Shown here: one piece after another, positions 9,383-20,700 of the stretch | Numbering within the stretch: position 1 is the stretch's first letter | How the letters are laid out: each line of letters begins with the position of its first letter | Assembly (NCBI GenBank): GCA_038042445.1 | Contig: JBBTED010000048.1 | Location: 3,663-67,662, forward strand | Direction of reading: 5' to 3' | Length of the DNA stretch: 64,000 nucleotides | Origin: Candidatus Firestoneibacteriota bacterium | GTDB lineage: Bacteria > Oederibacteriota > D2-FULL-39-29 > JBBTED01 | Made by a program: the position numbers and the translations under genes | The notes under the pieces: generated by a model | The model's input: only the letters and a program-made list of their open reading frames with translations | What the model was told of the DNA's origin: nothing | The model's database searches: none

Positions 9383-10269
9383 TTATTTTAATACTTATAT
9401 TGATTTTTGCCAGTTTTTTTCTTTTTGTGTTAGTTTTTCAGGAAATCAAAATTAAAAATTTAAATTTAGCACGTTTTAAATTTGCAACTAAAGATATAAT
9501 AAATGGAATTAATTCTACAGATAAACAAATCAGTGTGTATGAAAAATCTATTTATCCTCTTATTAAAAAATTATCTCCTGTACTTGGTAAAAAATTCCCT
9601 AAAATATATAAAGAAAAGCTTGAAAACCAGTTAAAATATTTTAAAAATGTATACAAATTCAATACAGATGAATTTATAGTTTTTAAATATCTGGCTGCTT
9701 TATTTGGAGCTTTTGCATCTATTGTAGTTTTTGAAAACAGCTTATTGCCATTTATAATATTAATCTCTCTTGGATTTTTTATGCCTGATATCTGGCTCAA
9801 GGAAAAAATCACTATAAAGAAAAATTTGATTTTGCGTTCTTTACCTACAACACTGGATTTATTAACTGCTTGTGTAGAAGCTGGATTAAGTTTAGATGCC
9901 GGAATACATAAACTCGTTGAAAAAAGCAAACGCAGTCCTATTATTGAAGAATTTGCACAGCTTTTACAGGAATTACGATTAGGTAAACCCAGAATGGATG
10001 CACTTATAGATATGAAACTGCGTATTGATATTCCTGAATTTTCATCATTTGTATCAAGTATCATTCAAACACAAAAATTTGGCACAAGTATAGCTGAAGC
10101 ATTAAAAATGCAGGCTGAGGAATCGCGACTTAAACGTTTTCAACGTGTTGAAAAATCTGCAATGGAAATGCCTGTAAAGTTGTTATTTCCATTGATTGTT
10201 TTTATATTTCCCACAACTTTCATAATGCTTTTTGGCCCAATAATAATTCAGTTGCTTAAAACATTTTAA
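9379..10269 (+). CDS. tadC: TadC-like pilus assembly platform protein (T2SS F family)
   Basis: LDLLTACVEAGLSLD, FGTSIAEALK, PVKLLFPLIVFIFP. Confidence 0.85.
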   Translation: MIILILILIFASFFLFVLVFQEIKIKNLNLARFKFATKDIINGINSTDKQISVYEKSIYPLIKKLSPVLGKKFPKIYKEKLENQLKYFKNVYKFNTDEFIVFKYLAALFGAFASIVVFENSLLPFIILISLGFFMPDIWLKEKITIKKNLILRSLPTTLDLLTACVEAGLSLDAGIHKLVEKSKRSPIIEEFAQLLQELRLGKPRMDALIDMKLRIDIPEFSSFVSSIIQTQKFGTSIAEALKMQAEESRLKRFQRVEKSAMEMPVKLLFPLIVFIFPTTFIMLFGPIIIQLLKTF

Positions 10270-10288
10270 AACAAAACAAAATTTTACA

Positions 10289-10316
10289 TTGACAGTATTT
10301 TTTTTTGTGTTAATAT
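10289..10316 (+). promoter_or_regulatory. sigma70-type promoter with T9 tract in the spacer
   Basis: TTGACA 10289-10294, 16 nt, TGn-TAATAT 10308-10316. Confidence 0.5.
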
Positions 10317-10358
10317 ATATATAAGGGTTACTATGCCTTAATAAGGAGAAGATAATTT

Positions 10359-11603
10359 ATGATAAAAAAATACGTTAGATTATATTTGTTAGCTTTAGTT
10401 TTAATATTTATTTCAGATGTTGGATATAGCAGTGAAAAAATCTCTATGGCTGTATTAGATATGGATGCAAACAATGTATCAGCAATGACATCCGCAACAG
10501 TAACTGATCTTTTAAGAACTGAACTTTTTAATACAGGAAGATTTACTGTTGCAGAGCGTAAAAATATGGATAAAATTTTAAAAGAGCAAACATTTCAGCA
10601 GGCAGGTTGCACAGATACAGAATGTGCTGTTGAAGTAGGTAAACTTTTAAATATCAATCAAATTGCAGTAGGAAGTGTAAGCAAACTCGGTGAGAAATAT
10701 TTAATAAACATAAGAATGGTTGATGTAGAAAAAGGCTCCGTCCTATTAGCAGAATCCATTCAATGCGATTCTGAAGATAAACTTGGTGAAGCAGTTAAAA
10801 CTTTGGCATTTAATGTAAGCAAAAGAGTTCCTGTAATTGGTAAAATCTTATATGTAAGTGGAGAAGAAGTAATTATAAATGTTGGAGCAGCTGACGAGGT
10901 CCGAGTAGGAATGAAATTTGGAGTTGAAAGATTAGGCCAGGCAATTAAAGATGACAAAGGAAAAGTCATTATGCAGGAAAAAGATAGAGTTGCAGAAATA
11001 GAATTAATTTCAGTTGATAATGAAGCATCTAAAGCAAAAATAATAAACAAGAAAAAAGATGTCGTAACAGGAGATACAGTCCGAATTGCTGAAGCTGAGC
11101 TAATAAAACGTGAAGTAAAAAAATCTGTACCTGCAGAAAAATTGGTTGAACCAAAAAAAGAAATTGGTGTAGTAGTCCCAACTGAAAAAAGCGCTGGCGG
11201 TGCTGCACTTCGTTCTCTAATAATACCAGGATGGGGACAATTTTATAGTGATCGCACTATTATGGGTATTGTCTATTTAGGTATTGAAGCACTTATGATA
11301 ACAAATGCTGTTAGTAAATACACTGAGTATGACGGCGATTATCAAAAGTATAAGGGAGAAACTAACCCTACTCTCATTAATGAATATTATAATAAAGCAA
11401 ATACTGCATATTCCGATTTTACAAATGTAGTTTCAGGAATTATGATTGTATGGGTAATAAATGTTGTAGATTCATTTATATTCTTTCCAGCGCAAACTAC
11501 TTCTACAAGTGCATTGCCATATAATAAAAATGGTTTATGTTTAGATGTAATACCAAAACATAGCGACATAGCTTTAGATTTTTCGTATAAATTAAGATTT
11601 TAA
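10359..11603 (+). CDS. Exported protein: CsgG/HfaB-like + FlgT-C-like + DUF5683-like domains
   Basis: Signal peptide; MAVLDM..FTVAERKNMDKILKEQ..CTDTECAVEVGKLL; VIINVG..GMKF; ALRSLIIPGWGQFY; C-terminal aromatic strand ending in F. Confidence 0.6.
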   Translation: MIKKYVRLYLLALVLIFISDVGYSSEKISMAVLDMDANNVSAMTSATVTDLLRTELFNTGRFTVAERKNMDKILKEQTFQQAGCTDTECAVEVGKLLNINQIAVGSVSKLGEKYLINIRMVDVEKGSVLLAESIQCDSEDKLGEAVKTLAFNVSKRVPVIGKILYVSGEEVIINVGAADEVRVGMKFGVERLGQAIKDDKGKVIMQEKDRVAEIELISVDNEASKAKIINKKKDVVTGDTVRIAEAELIKREVKKSVPAEKLVEPKKEIGVVVPTEKSAGGAALRSLIIPGWGQFYSDRTIMGIVYLGIEALMITNAVSKYTEYDGDYQKYKGETNPTLINEYYNKANTAYSDFTNVVSGIMIVWVINVVDSFIFFPAQTTSTSALPYNKNGLCLDVIPKHSDIALDFSYKLRF

Positions 11604-11608
11604 TTTAA

Positions 11609-11687
11609 GGTAGTCGCAGGCTTTAGCCTGCGATTTTTCAAACTAAAATATGTATTCTTTGTCCGCAGGCTAAAGCCTGCGACTACC
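11609..11687. repeat. GTAG-family REP doublet (type A)
   Basis: GGTAGTCGCAGGCTTTAGCCTGCG ... CGCAGGCTAAAGCCTGCGACTACC inverted pair. Confidence 0.9.
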
Positions 11688-11716
11688 AAAAAAATAAATA
11701 AATTGGAGAGTAAACC

Positions 11717-13057
11717 ATGCATACAACAAAAACAGTTTTAACATATATAAGTCTGGCAATATTCATTTCATTAATATCCAGTTGTGCAAAGAAAAATTTA
11801 GACAGAACTAATCCACTTGATCCACAAAATCCTAAAAAAGCTAATGTGTCAGGTAGAACTTATGCTGCTGCAACACAAACAATACAACTTTCTTCTACTG
11901 CCAATTATTCAACTGCTATAGCAAGTGTAAGTGTTTCCATAACTTCAAGTGATAATAAATCACTAACAACTACATCTTCTTCTACTGGTGCTTATTCATT
12001 CACAGATATAACTCCTGGAATATATAAATTTTTAGCTACAAAAACTGGGTATACTGATAAAGAACAAACAAATGTTCAAGTAAAAGCTGAAGCTGATAAT
12101 GTTGTTGATTTAACTTTAGATGCTGTAGTTCCAACTACTACTACAACTACCACTACTACTGCAACTAATGGTAAAATATCAGGTAAAGTTGTAGATAATT
12201 ATGGTTCACCACTTATAAATGCTACTGTATCAATAACACCTGCATCTGGTAGCTCTCCCAGTGCAACCACTGATGCTTTAGGTGCTTTCACAATAAATGA
12301 TGTTCCAGCTGGAACTTACAGCGCTACTACAGCACGTAGATTTTTTCAAAGCTACAGCACAACAGGTATAACAGTTACATCTGGTCAAACCACAACTTTA
12401 TCTTCTGATATAGCATTAAGTGTAGGAAACGGAAGTGGAAGTTTCAGTGAAAACTTTGCTTCTGCGCTTTCCGCCAATTGGCAAAAAGATACAACTGAAG
12501 AACCAGATATAAGTATATATGACGCCATAGCAAATGGATATATAGGCCAGATGGAAACTTTCATGGCATGGGCAATTTCTTTATTAAATACTCATGGTTA
12601 TTTAAGAAGATCTATAACCCCTACACTAACAAAAGCAAGAATCGAAGCTTTTATATCAAAAGGTTATTCTGACAATGGTGAAATTTTAGTTTCATTTACA
12701 GATTATTATAATACCAATATTATAGGAGTAGGAATTTATGGAACTGGTTCAGGTGGAAATTCTAAACTTCAATATAAAAATGGTTCTACATATACTGATA
12801 TTTCTACTGGTGCTATTGCACAACCAAATACTTGGTATAGAGTAATAATAGAAATGGATGCTTCAACAAAAAAAGCTAATATATATGTAAATGAAATACC
12901 TACATTTGCTACTTATAAATATTCAGCTACTGACATTGCTGTATCATCATCTTCTCCTTATATTGAAAAAATTCAGATTAGTGCTGGTCCAACTGTCAAT
13001 GTAAATTCAGGTTCAGTAACATGGTATCTTGATGAACTTGTCCTATCTCCAGAATAA
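11717..13057 (+). CDS. Lipoprotein with two carboxypeptidase-regulatory-like (Ig/prealbumin) domains, poly-Thr linker and C-terminal beta-sandwich; paralog 1
   Basis: Lipobox LISSC; LDRTNPLDPQNP; ISGKVVD..PLINATV..TDALGAFTI; T9 tract. Confidence 0.7.
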   Translation: MHTTKTVLTYISLAIFISLISSCAKKNLDRTNPLDPQNPKKANVSGRTYAAATQTIQLSSTANYSTAIASVSVSITSSDNKSLTTTSSSTGAYSFTDITPGIYKFLATKTGYTDKEQTNVQVKAEADNVVDLTLDAVVPTTTTTTTTTATNGKISGKVVDNYGSPLINATVSITPASGSSPSATTDALGAFTINDVPAGTYSATTARRFFQSYSTTGITVTSGQTTTLSSDIALSVGNGSGSFSENFASALSANWQKDTTEEPDISIYDAIANGYIGQMETFMAWAISLLNTHGYLRRSITPTLTKARIEAFISKGYSDNGEILVSFTDYYNTNIIGVGIYGTGSGGNSKLQYKNGSTYTDISTGAIAQPNTWYRVIIEMDASTKKANIYVNEIPTFATYKYSATDIAVSSSSPYIEKIQISAGPTVNVNSGSVTWYLDELVLSPE

Positions 13058-13075
13058 TAGAATAGAGGAAAAATT

Positions 13076-14428
13076 ATGTATACAAAAAAAACAGTTTTAA
13101 AATATATAAGTCTTGCAATATTTATTTCATTAATATCCAGTTGTGCAAAGAAAAATTTAGATCGCACTAACCCACTTGATCCGCAAAACCCTAAAAAAGC
13201 TAATGTGTCAGGTAAAGTTTATGATTCTGCAACACAAACAATACAACTTTCTTCTGCTGCCAATTATTCAACTGCCATAGCAAGTGTAAGTGTTTCCATA
13301 ACTTCAAGTGATAATAAATCACTAACAACTACATCTTCTTCTACTGGAAATTATTCATTCGCAGATTTAACTCCTGGAATATATAAATTATTAGCTTCAA
13401 AAACTGGGTATACTGATAAAGAACAAACAAATGTTCAAGTTAAAGCTGAAGCAGATAATGTTGTTGACTTAGCTTTAGATGCTGTAGTTCCAACTACTAC
13501 TACCACCACTACGACTACAACAACTACTACTACCAATGGTAAAATATCAGGTAAAGTTACAGATAATTATGGCTCACCACTTGTAAATGCTACTGTATCA
13601 ATAACGCCTGCATCCGGTAGCTCTCCCACTGCAACTACTGATGCTTTAGGTGCTTTCACAATAAATGATGTTCCAGCTGGAACTTATAGTGCTACTACAA
13701 CACGTAGTTTTTTCAAAAGCAACAGTACAACAAGTATAGTAGTTACATCTGGCCAAACCACAATTTTATCTTCTGATATAAAACTGAATTTAAGCGATGG
13801 CAATGGTAGTTTTAGTGAAACTTTTAATTATGGTATTTCTGGCAATTGGATACAAGATACAACTGAAGAACCTGATATGTTTATATATGATTATATATCT
13901 CCTGGATACAACAGTTTTATGGGAGAATTCTATGCAGGAGCAGTTTCTGTAGCAGGCAGTCGTGCTTATATACGAAGATTCATAAACCCAACTTTACAAA
14001 AAGCCAGAGTTGAAGCTTTTATAAAAAGAGGCTGGTCTGACAATGGAGAAATCCTTATTTCATTTGTAGAATCCGCTACAAATACCCATATTATAGGCGT
14101 AGGAATGTATGGAACTGATCTTGGTTCAAATTCACGTTTTGTATATAAAAATAGTTATACATATACAGATGTTTCTACTGGTGCTGTTGCATTTGCAGAT
14201 ACATGGTACAGAGTAATAATAGAAATGGATATGACAACAAAAAAAGCTAATATATATGTAAATGAAACACCTACATTTGCCACCTATAAATACTCAGCTA
14301 CTGATATTACTGTATCAACATTTTATAGCAGTATTGCTAAAATTCAGATTAGTGCTGGTCCATTTACCACTATAAATGCAGGCTCCGTATATTGGTATTT
14401 TGATGAATTTGTAGTAGTCCCAGAATAA
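13076..14428 (+). CDS. Lipoprotein paralog 2 of 11717..13057
   Basis: Near-identical N-terminal half, T14 tract, diverged C-terminal domain. Confidence 0.7.
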   Translation: MYTKKTVLKYISLAIFISLISSCAKKNLDRTNPLDPQNPKKANVSGKVYDSATQTIQLSSAANYSTAIASVSVSITSSDNKSLTTTSSSTGNYSFADLTPGIYKLLASKTGYTDKEQTNVQVKAEADNVVDLALDAVVPTTTTTTTTTTTTTTNGKISGKVTDNYGSPLVNATVSITPASGSSPTATTDALGAFTINDVPAGTYSATTTRSFFKSNSTTSIVVTSGQTTILSSDIKLNLSDGNGSFSETFNYGISGNWIQDTTEEPDMFIYDYISPGYNSFMGEFYAGAVSVAGSRAYIRRFINPTLQKARVEAFIKRGWSDNGEILISFVESATNTHIIGVGMYGTDLGSNSRFVYKNSYTYTDVSTGAVAFADTWYRVIIEMDMTTKKANIYVNETPTFATYKYSATDITVSTFYSSIAKIQISAGPFTTINAGSVYWYFDEFVVVPE

Positions 14429-14494
14429 TACTATTCCATAGTAATTTTTTCCATATAGTTTTTTATTCCATTTCCATTTATTCCATTTTCGCCC

Positions 14495-14524
14495 TTGACA
14501 TTTATATATAATAGAAAATATAAT
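14495..14524 (+). promoter_or_regulatory. sigma70 promoter of guaBA
   Basis: TTGACA-18 nt-TATAAT; GGAGG RBS before guaB. Confidence 0.65.
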
Positions 14525-14561
14525 AGTTTTAAACAGTTTAAAACATACTGGAGGTATTTAT

Positions 14562-16025
14562 ATGAAAACAATATATGAAAAAGTTGGGCTGACTTTTGAC
14601 GATGTACTTCTTATACCAGGCAAATCTGATATTTTACCTATAGATATTGATACGCATACCTATTTAACACGTAATATAAAACTTAATATACCGCTTGTCA
14701 GTGCAGCAATGGATACAGTCACAGAATCACGGCTTGCTATAGCATTAGCACAGGAAGGCGGTATTGGAATAATACATAAAAATATGCCCATCAAAGAACA
14801 AGCTGCAGAAGTTGATAAGGTAAAAAGGTATCAAAGTGGTATGATTGTTGATCCTGTAACATTATCTCCTGATAAATCAATAAAAGAAGCTCTTGATATA
14901 ATGAGCCAGTATAGAATATCAGGTGTTCCAATTACAGAAAATGGAAAACTTGTAGGCATACTTACAAACAGGGACTTAAGATTTGTAAAAAAATTAAATG
15001 GTCTGATTTCAGAATATATGACAAAGGAAAATTTAATAACAGTGCCTATAGGTACTACTTTAGAAGAAGCACAGGAAATTTTGCATAAAAACAGAATTGA
15101 AAAACTTCCAGTAGTAGACAAAGACAACGTGCTAAAAGGTTTAATCACAATAAAAGATATAGAGAAAAAAGTGAAATATCCTAATGCCTGCAAAGACAAA
15201 CTCGGAAGATTAAAAGTTGGCGCATCAGTTGGAACAGCTTCTGATACTGAAGAAAGAGCCGAGGCTCTTGTAAAATCCGGAATTGATGTATTAGTCATAG
15301 ATACAGCACATGGACATTCTGCAAAAGTAATTTCTACATTAAAAAAACTCAGAGCAAAATATAAAAAGCTGGATATTGTCGCAGGAAATATAGCTACAGC
15401 AGAGGCTACGCGTGAGCTTATAAATAGTGGAGCTGATGCAGTAAAAGTAGGTATAGGTCCAGGTTCTATTTGCACTACCAGAATAATTGCAGGAATAGGT
15501 GTACCCCAAATAACTGCAATATATGAATGTGTTGGCATTGCAAATAAATATAAAATCCCTGTAATTGCAGATGGCGGAATAAAATATTCAGGAGACATAA
15601 CCAAAGCTATAGCTGCTGGAGCTGCTTGTGTGATGGTTGGAAATCTTTTTGCTGGAACAGATGAAAGCCCAGGCGAAACTGTATTTTTGGAAGGCAGACG
15701 TTTTAAAATATATCATGCAATGGGCTCATTAGCTGCAATGAAAAGAGGAAGCAAAGACAGATACTTTCAGGATAGCATAAAAGAAGAAAGCAAACTTGTC
15801 CCTGAAGGTGTAGAAGGCAGAGTTCCATATCGCGGCTCTTTGCCTGGATGCGTTCTTCAGCTTATTGGTGGTTTAAAAGCTGGTATGGGTTATGTAGGTG
15901 CGCATAATATAAAAGAACTCCAGACTAAAACAAAATTTATCCGAATAACACCTGCAGGACTTCAGGAAAGCCATCCACACAATATTACTTTAACTGCTGA
16001 ACCACCCAATTACTGGCTCGGATAA
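14562..16025 (+). CDS. guaB: IMP dehydrogenase
   Basis: [13 protein letters not shown] pair, [10 protein letters not shown]. Confidence 0.98.
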   Translation: MKTIYEKVGLTFDDVLLIPGKSDILPIDIDTHTYLTRNIKLNIPLVSAAMDTVTESRLAIALAQEGGIGIIHKNMPIKEQAAEVDKVKRYQSGMIVDPVTLSPDKSIKEALDIMSQYRISGVPITENGKLVGILTNRDLRFVKKLNGLISEYMTKENLITVPIGTTLEEAQEILHKNRIEKLPVVDKDNVLKGLITIKDIEKKVKYPNACKDKLGRLKVGASVGTASDTEERAEALVKSGIDVLVIDTAHGHSAKVISTLKKLRAKYKKLDIVAGNIATAEATRELINSGADAVKVGIGPGSICTTRIIAGIGVPQITAIYECVGIANKYKIPVIADGGIKYSGDITKAIAAGAACVMVGNLFAGTDESPGETVFLEGRRFKIYHAMGSLAAMKRGSKDRYFQDSIKEESKLVPEGVEGRVPYRGSLPGCVLQLIGGLKAGMGYVGAHNIKELQTKTKFIRITPAGLQESHPHNITLTAEPPNYWLG

Positions 16026-16035
16026 AATTAAAAAT

Positions 16036-16097
16036 GGTAGTCGCAGGCTTTAGCCTGCGAAAAAAGACCGCAAGCTAAAGCTTGCGACTACCACTAC
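16036..16097. repeat. GTAG-family REP doublet (type A)
   Basis: GGTAGTCGCAGGCTTTAGCCTGCG...CGCAAGCTAAAGCTTGCGACTACCACTAC. Confidence 0.9.
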
Positions 16098-16118
16098 AGT
16101 AATGATAAATAATAACTT

Positions 16119-17657
16119 ATGAATCGTGAAATTATAGCAGTTTTGGATTTGGGCTCACAATATACACAGCTTATTGCAAGACGTATACGTGAAAATAAGG
16201 TTTATTGTGAAATATTTCCATACAGTATTTCAATTGATAAATTAAAAGAATTAAATCTTAAAGGAATTGTATTATCCGGAGGACCTGCAAGCGTATATGA
16301 TAAAAATGCACCGCGAATATCAAAAGAAATTTTTTCTTTAAACGTTCCCATACTTGGAATCTGTTATGGATTACAACTACTTGCCTATATGTCTCAAGGA
16401 AAAGTAGAACGTGCCAAGAAACGTGAATATGGAGAAGCTATACTTACAATTAAATCTCATTCTGATATTTTTAAAGGATTAAAAAAACAAACATCTGTGT
16501 GGATGAGCCATGCAGACAAAATTGCAAAATTTCCAAAATCCTTTGAAATAATTGCTTCAACACCAAATTGTTACATAGCAGCATTCAGAGATAAAATTCA
16601 TAAGACTTATGGAGTCCAATTTCATCCTGAAGTTGTACACACAGTAGAAGGCAATAAAATAATAAAAAATTTTCTGGTGGAAATATGCAAATGCAAATTA
16701 GACTGGACAATACGTTCTTTTATAGATAACACAGTTTTTTCTATTAGAAACAAAGTTGGAAATGAAAAAATTTTATGCGGATTAAGCGGTGGCGTAGATT
16801 CTTCTGTTGCTGCACGACTTATTCATTTGGCAATTGGAAATAATTTAATATGTATATTTGTGGATAATGGATTATTACGCGAAGGCGAAGCAAAATCAGT
16901 TATTGAAACATTTAAGAATAATTTTAAAATGAATTTTCATTATGTTGATGCAAGCAGACAGTTTTTGAAAAAACTTAAAGGTGTTACAGACCCAGAAGAA
17001 AAACGGAAAATAATAGGCCATGAATTTATATCTGTATTTAAAAAAGAAGCAAAAAAATTAGGGACGGTTCATTTTCTTGCGCAAGGAACGTTATATCCGG
17101 ATGTTATTGAATCTATCTCCACAAAAGGTCCATCTGCCACAATAAAATCACATCATAATGTTGGCGGACTCCCTTTAAAAATGTCGTTTAAATTAATTGA
17201 GCCTTTACGTGAGCTTTTTAAAGATGAAGTCCGGGTTATTGGGAAAAATCTGAATTTGTCTGATGAAATCTTACAACGTCAGCCGTTTCCAGGCCCAGGT
17301 CTTGCAATAAGAATTATAGGTGAAATTACTGAAGAAAGATTGAAAATTTTAAGACGAGCCGATTTAATAGTTTTAGAAGAAGTAAAAAATACCGGACTTT
17401 ATAAAAAAATATGGCAGTCTTTCGCTGTTCTTTTGCCTGTAAAAACCGTAGGAGTTATGGGAGATGAAAGGACTTATGAAAATGTAATTGCAGTGCGTGC
17501 AGTTTCAAGCTTAGACGGTATGACTGCAGATTGGTCACAACTCCCATATAAAGTGCTTGGATCCATATCCAATAGAATAATTAATGAGGTAAAAGGTGTA
17601 AATAGAGTAGTTTATGACATAAGCAGTAAACCACCCGCAACTATAGAATGGGAATAA
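16119..17657 (+). CDS. guaA: GMP synthase (glutamine-hydrolysing)
   Basis: [34 protein letters not shown]. Confidence 0.98.
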   Translation: MNREIIAVLDLGSQYTQLIARRIRENKVYCEIFPYSISIDKLKELNLKGIVLSGGPASVYDKNAPRISKEIFSLNVPILGICYGLQLLAYMSQGKVERAKKREYGEAILTIKSHSDIFKGLKKQTSVWMSHADKIAKFPKSFEIIASTPNCYIAAFRDKIHKTYGVQFHPEVVHTVEGNKIIKNFLVEICKCKLDWTIRSFIDNTVFSIRNKVGNEKILCGLSGGVDSSVAARLIHLAIGNNLICIFVDNGLLREGEAKSVIETFKNNFKMNFHYVDASRQFLKKLKGVTDPEEKRKIIGHEFISVFKKEAKKLGTVHFLAQGTLYPDVIESISTKGPSATIKSHHNVGGLPLKMSFKLIEPLRELFKDEVRVIGKNLNLSDEILQRQPFPGPGLAIRIIGEITEERLKILRRADLIVLEEVKNTGLYKKIWQSFAVLLPVKTVGVMGDERTYENVIAVRAVSSLDGMTADWSQLPYKVLGSISNRIINEVKGVNRVVYDISSKPPATIEWE

Positions 17658-17661
17658 TACC

Positions 17662-17712
17662 GTAGGCGCGAATTTACTCGCCCGATAAATGGGCAGGTAA
17701 ACCTGCCCCTAC
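17662..17712. repeat. GTAG-family REP-like doublet (type C)
   Basis: GTAGGCGCGAATTTACTCGCCC...GGGCAGGTAAACCTGCCCCTAC. Confidence 0.75.
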
Positions 17713-17722
17713 AATTATTAAT

Positions 17723-20700
17723 ATGGAACATACTGATTTCGTACATTTACATAATCATACACAATACAGTTTGTTAGATGGTGCATTACGGCTATCTAAC
17801 TTAATGAAAAGGGCACACGAATTAAAAATGCCTGCAATTTCTATTACTGACCATGGAAATATGTTTGGTGTAATAGAATTTTATGATATTGCTTCACGTC
17901 ATGGAATTAAACCAATAATCGGCTGCGAAGTTTATGTTGCTCCGGAATCCAGATTTGACAGAAGTTCATTACACGGAATTTCTGATGCATCTTATCATCT
18001 GGTCCTGCTTGCAAAAGATTTAACCGGATATAAAAATCTGCTTGAACTCGTAAGCGCCGGATACCTTCAGGGTTTTTATTACAGACCAAGAATTGATAAA
18101 GAATTATTAATGCGGCATAAAGATGGGCTTATAGGTCTAAGCGCCTGCCTTAAAGGAGAAGTTTCATCTTTACTGTTAAAAGGCGAAAAACAAAAAGCAA
18201 AAGATATTGCAAAAGAATTTGAAGATATACTTGGAAAAGGCAATTTTTACCTTGAACTTATGGATCATGGAATTGAAGAACAAATAAAAGTAAATTCCGA
18301 AATCATTAAAATTTCAAAAGAACTTGACATTCCATTAGTTGCAACAAATGATTGTCATTATTTAAATCGCGAAGACTCCAAAGCGCATGAAGTATTACTA
18401 TGTATCCAAACTGGAAAAACTTTAGAAGATAAAACACATATGAAATTTTCTACTGAAGAATTTTATTTCAAGACTCCGCAGGAAATGAAAACCCTATTCG
18501 CAGAAGTTCCATCTGCAATAAAAAACACAATTGTTATAGCCCAACATTGCAATCTTGAATTAAAATTTGATACTTTCTATCTACCTAAATATGACTTGCC
18601 ATCTGAACACACAGATATAGATGAATATCTTGAAAAATTATGCCGTGATGGTTTAAAAAAACACTTTCCTCAAAATACTTCACAAGAAGTAGAAAATAGA
18701 TTAAAACATGAATTAGAAGTTGTAAAAAATGCCGGATTTTCCGGATACTTTCTTATTGTGTGGGACTTCATAAATTTTGCTAAGAAAAGTAATATAATGG
18801 TTGGTCCTGGCAGAGGTTCTGCTGCAGGCAGTATAATATCATATCTATTGGAAATAACTGAAATAAATCCATTGAAATATGGTTTATTTTTTGAAAGGTT
18901 TTTAAATCCTGACCGTATACAACCACCTGATATTGATATAGATTTCTCTGATAGAAGAAGAGCAGAAGTTCTTGATTATGTTACACAAAAATATGGGAGA
19001 GAAAATGTTGCACAAATTATAACATTTGGAAAACTTCAGGCAAGACTCGCTGTCCGTGATGTAGGCAGAGTAATTGGAATGCCTTATGCTGAAGTAGGCA
19101 AAATTGCCAAATTGATTCCAGCAGATCCTAAAATAACAATTGAAAAAGCACTAAAATCGTCTCCGGAATTTGCTGAAATTGCAAAAGAGGAAAAAGTCAA
19201 AAACCTTCTTTTAATTGCTCAATCTTTAGAAGGACTCTTAAGACATGCATCCACCCATGCTTCCGGAGTTGTAATTGCAAGAGAAAATCTTCTTAATTAT
19301 GTTCCACTTTATAAAGACACGGGTGAATCAGAAATAAGCACACAATATGATATGCAATGTTTATCAAGAATTGGGTTACTCAAAATGGATTTTTTGGGAT
19401 TAAGAACTTTAACTACAATAGAAGAAACTATAAAAATTGTTAAAGACAGGCATAATAAAGTTATAACACTTTCCAATATTCCATTAGATGATTTAAATAC
19501 TTTCAAACTATTTTGCAATGCTCAAACTTTAGGTGTTTTTCAATTAGAAAGCCCTGGGATGCGAGATCTTCTACGTAAATTCAAACCGCAAAATATTCAT
19601 GACATAATGGCTGTTGTTGCATTATTCAGACCAGGACCTATGAAAATAATAGATGATTATGTAAAACGAAGACATGGAGTTATTCCTGTAAAATATGATC
19701 ATCCGCTTTTAAAAGATATTCTTGAAGAAACTTATGGCACTATAGTTTATCAAGAACAGGTAATGCAAATAGCTGTAACACTTGGTGGCTTTACAATGGG
19801 TCAGGCAGATCTGTTAAGAAGCGCTATGTCAAAAAAGAAAATGCTGATTCTTGAAAAACAAAGAGATTTATTTGTTGCAGGCGCAAAAAAGAAGAAAATT
19901 TCACAAGAAACCGCTGAACATATTTATGATATGATGGCTGAATTTGGCGAATATGGTTTTAATAAATCTCATAGCGCTGCATACTCGCTTGTTACATACC
20001 AAACTGCATATTTAAAAGCAAATTACACTATAGAATTTATGGCTGCATTGCTTACATCTGAAACAGGAAACCCGGAAAAAGTTTCTTCTTATATTGCTGA
20101 ATGTAAAAAAATGGGAATAACTGTATTGCCGCCTGATATAAATGAAAGCTTTGCTAATTTTACTGTCCTTGATAACAGCAAAATAAGATTTGGACTTGCA
20201 GCTATAAAAAATGTAGGATTATTGGCAATAGAATCTATTGTCCATGCACGATCCGAAAAAAGATTTACATCACTTCTGGATTTTTGCGAAAGAATAGATA
20301 CCAGACTTGTAAACAAAAGGGTTGTAGAAAGTTTTATTAAATCTGGTTGTTTTGATTCTTTTGGATTAAAACGTTCGCAACTTATAAAAATAGCAGACGA
20401 AGTTTTAGAAATTGCACAACTCTCCCAACAGGATAAAGCTAATAGACAAATATCTCTACTTGATGGTACAAATCAAACTGCAAAAAAAATATCCATTCCG
20501 GATTTAGAAGAATATCCTGAAAACAGGATTTTGGCATTTGAAAAAGAATTGCTCGGAGTATATGTATCAGGCCATCCTCTTGCTGTTTATGAACTTGAGA
20601 TGAAAAGATATACAAATACATCAAGTTTAACTATAAAAGATTTTAACAATGGAAAAACTGCCTGCATTGGAGGTATTGTAGAAAATATTGTTCGCAAAAT

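Noticed and set aside
14429-14561. Purine riboswitch before guaB, or preQ1 riboswitch before queF
   Set aside because: The leaders are too short after the predicted promoters, and no conserved aptamer motifs are visible.
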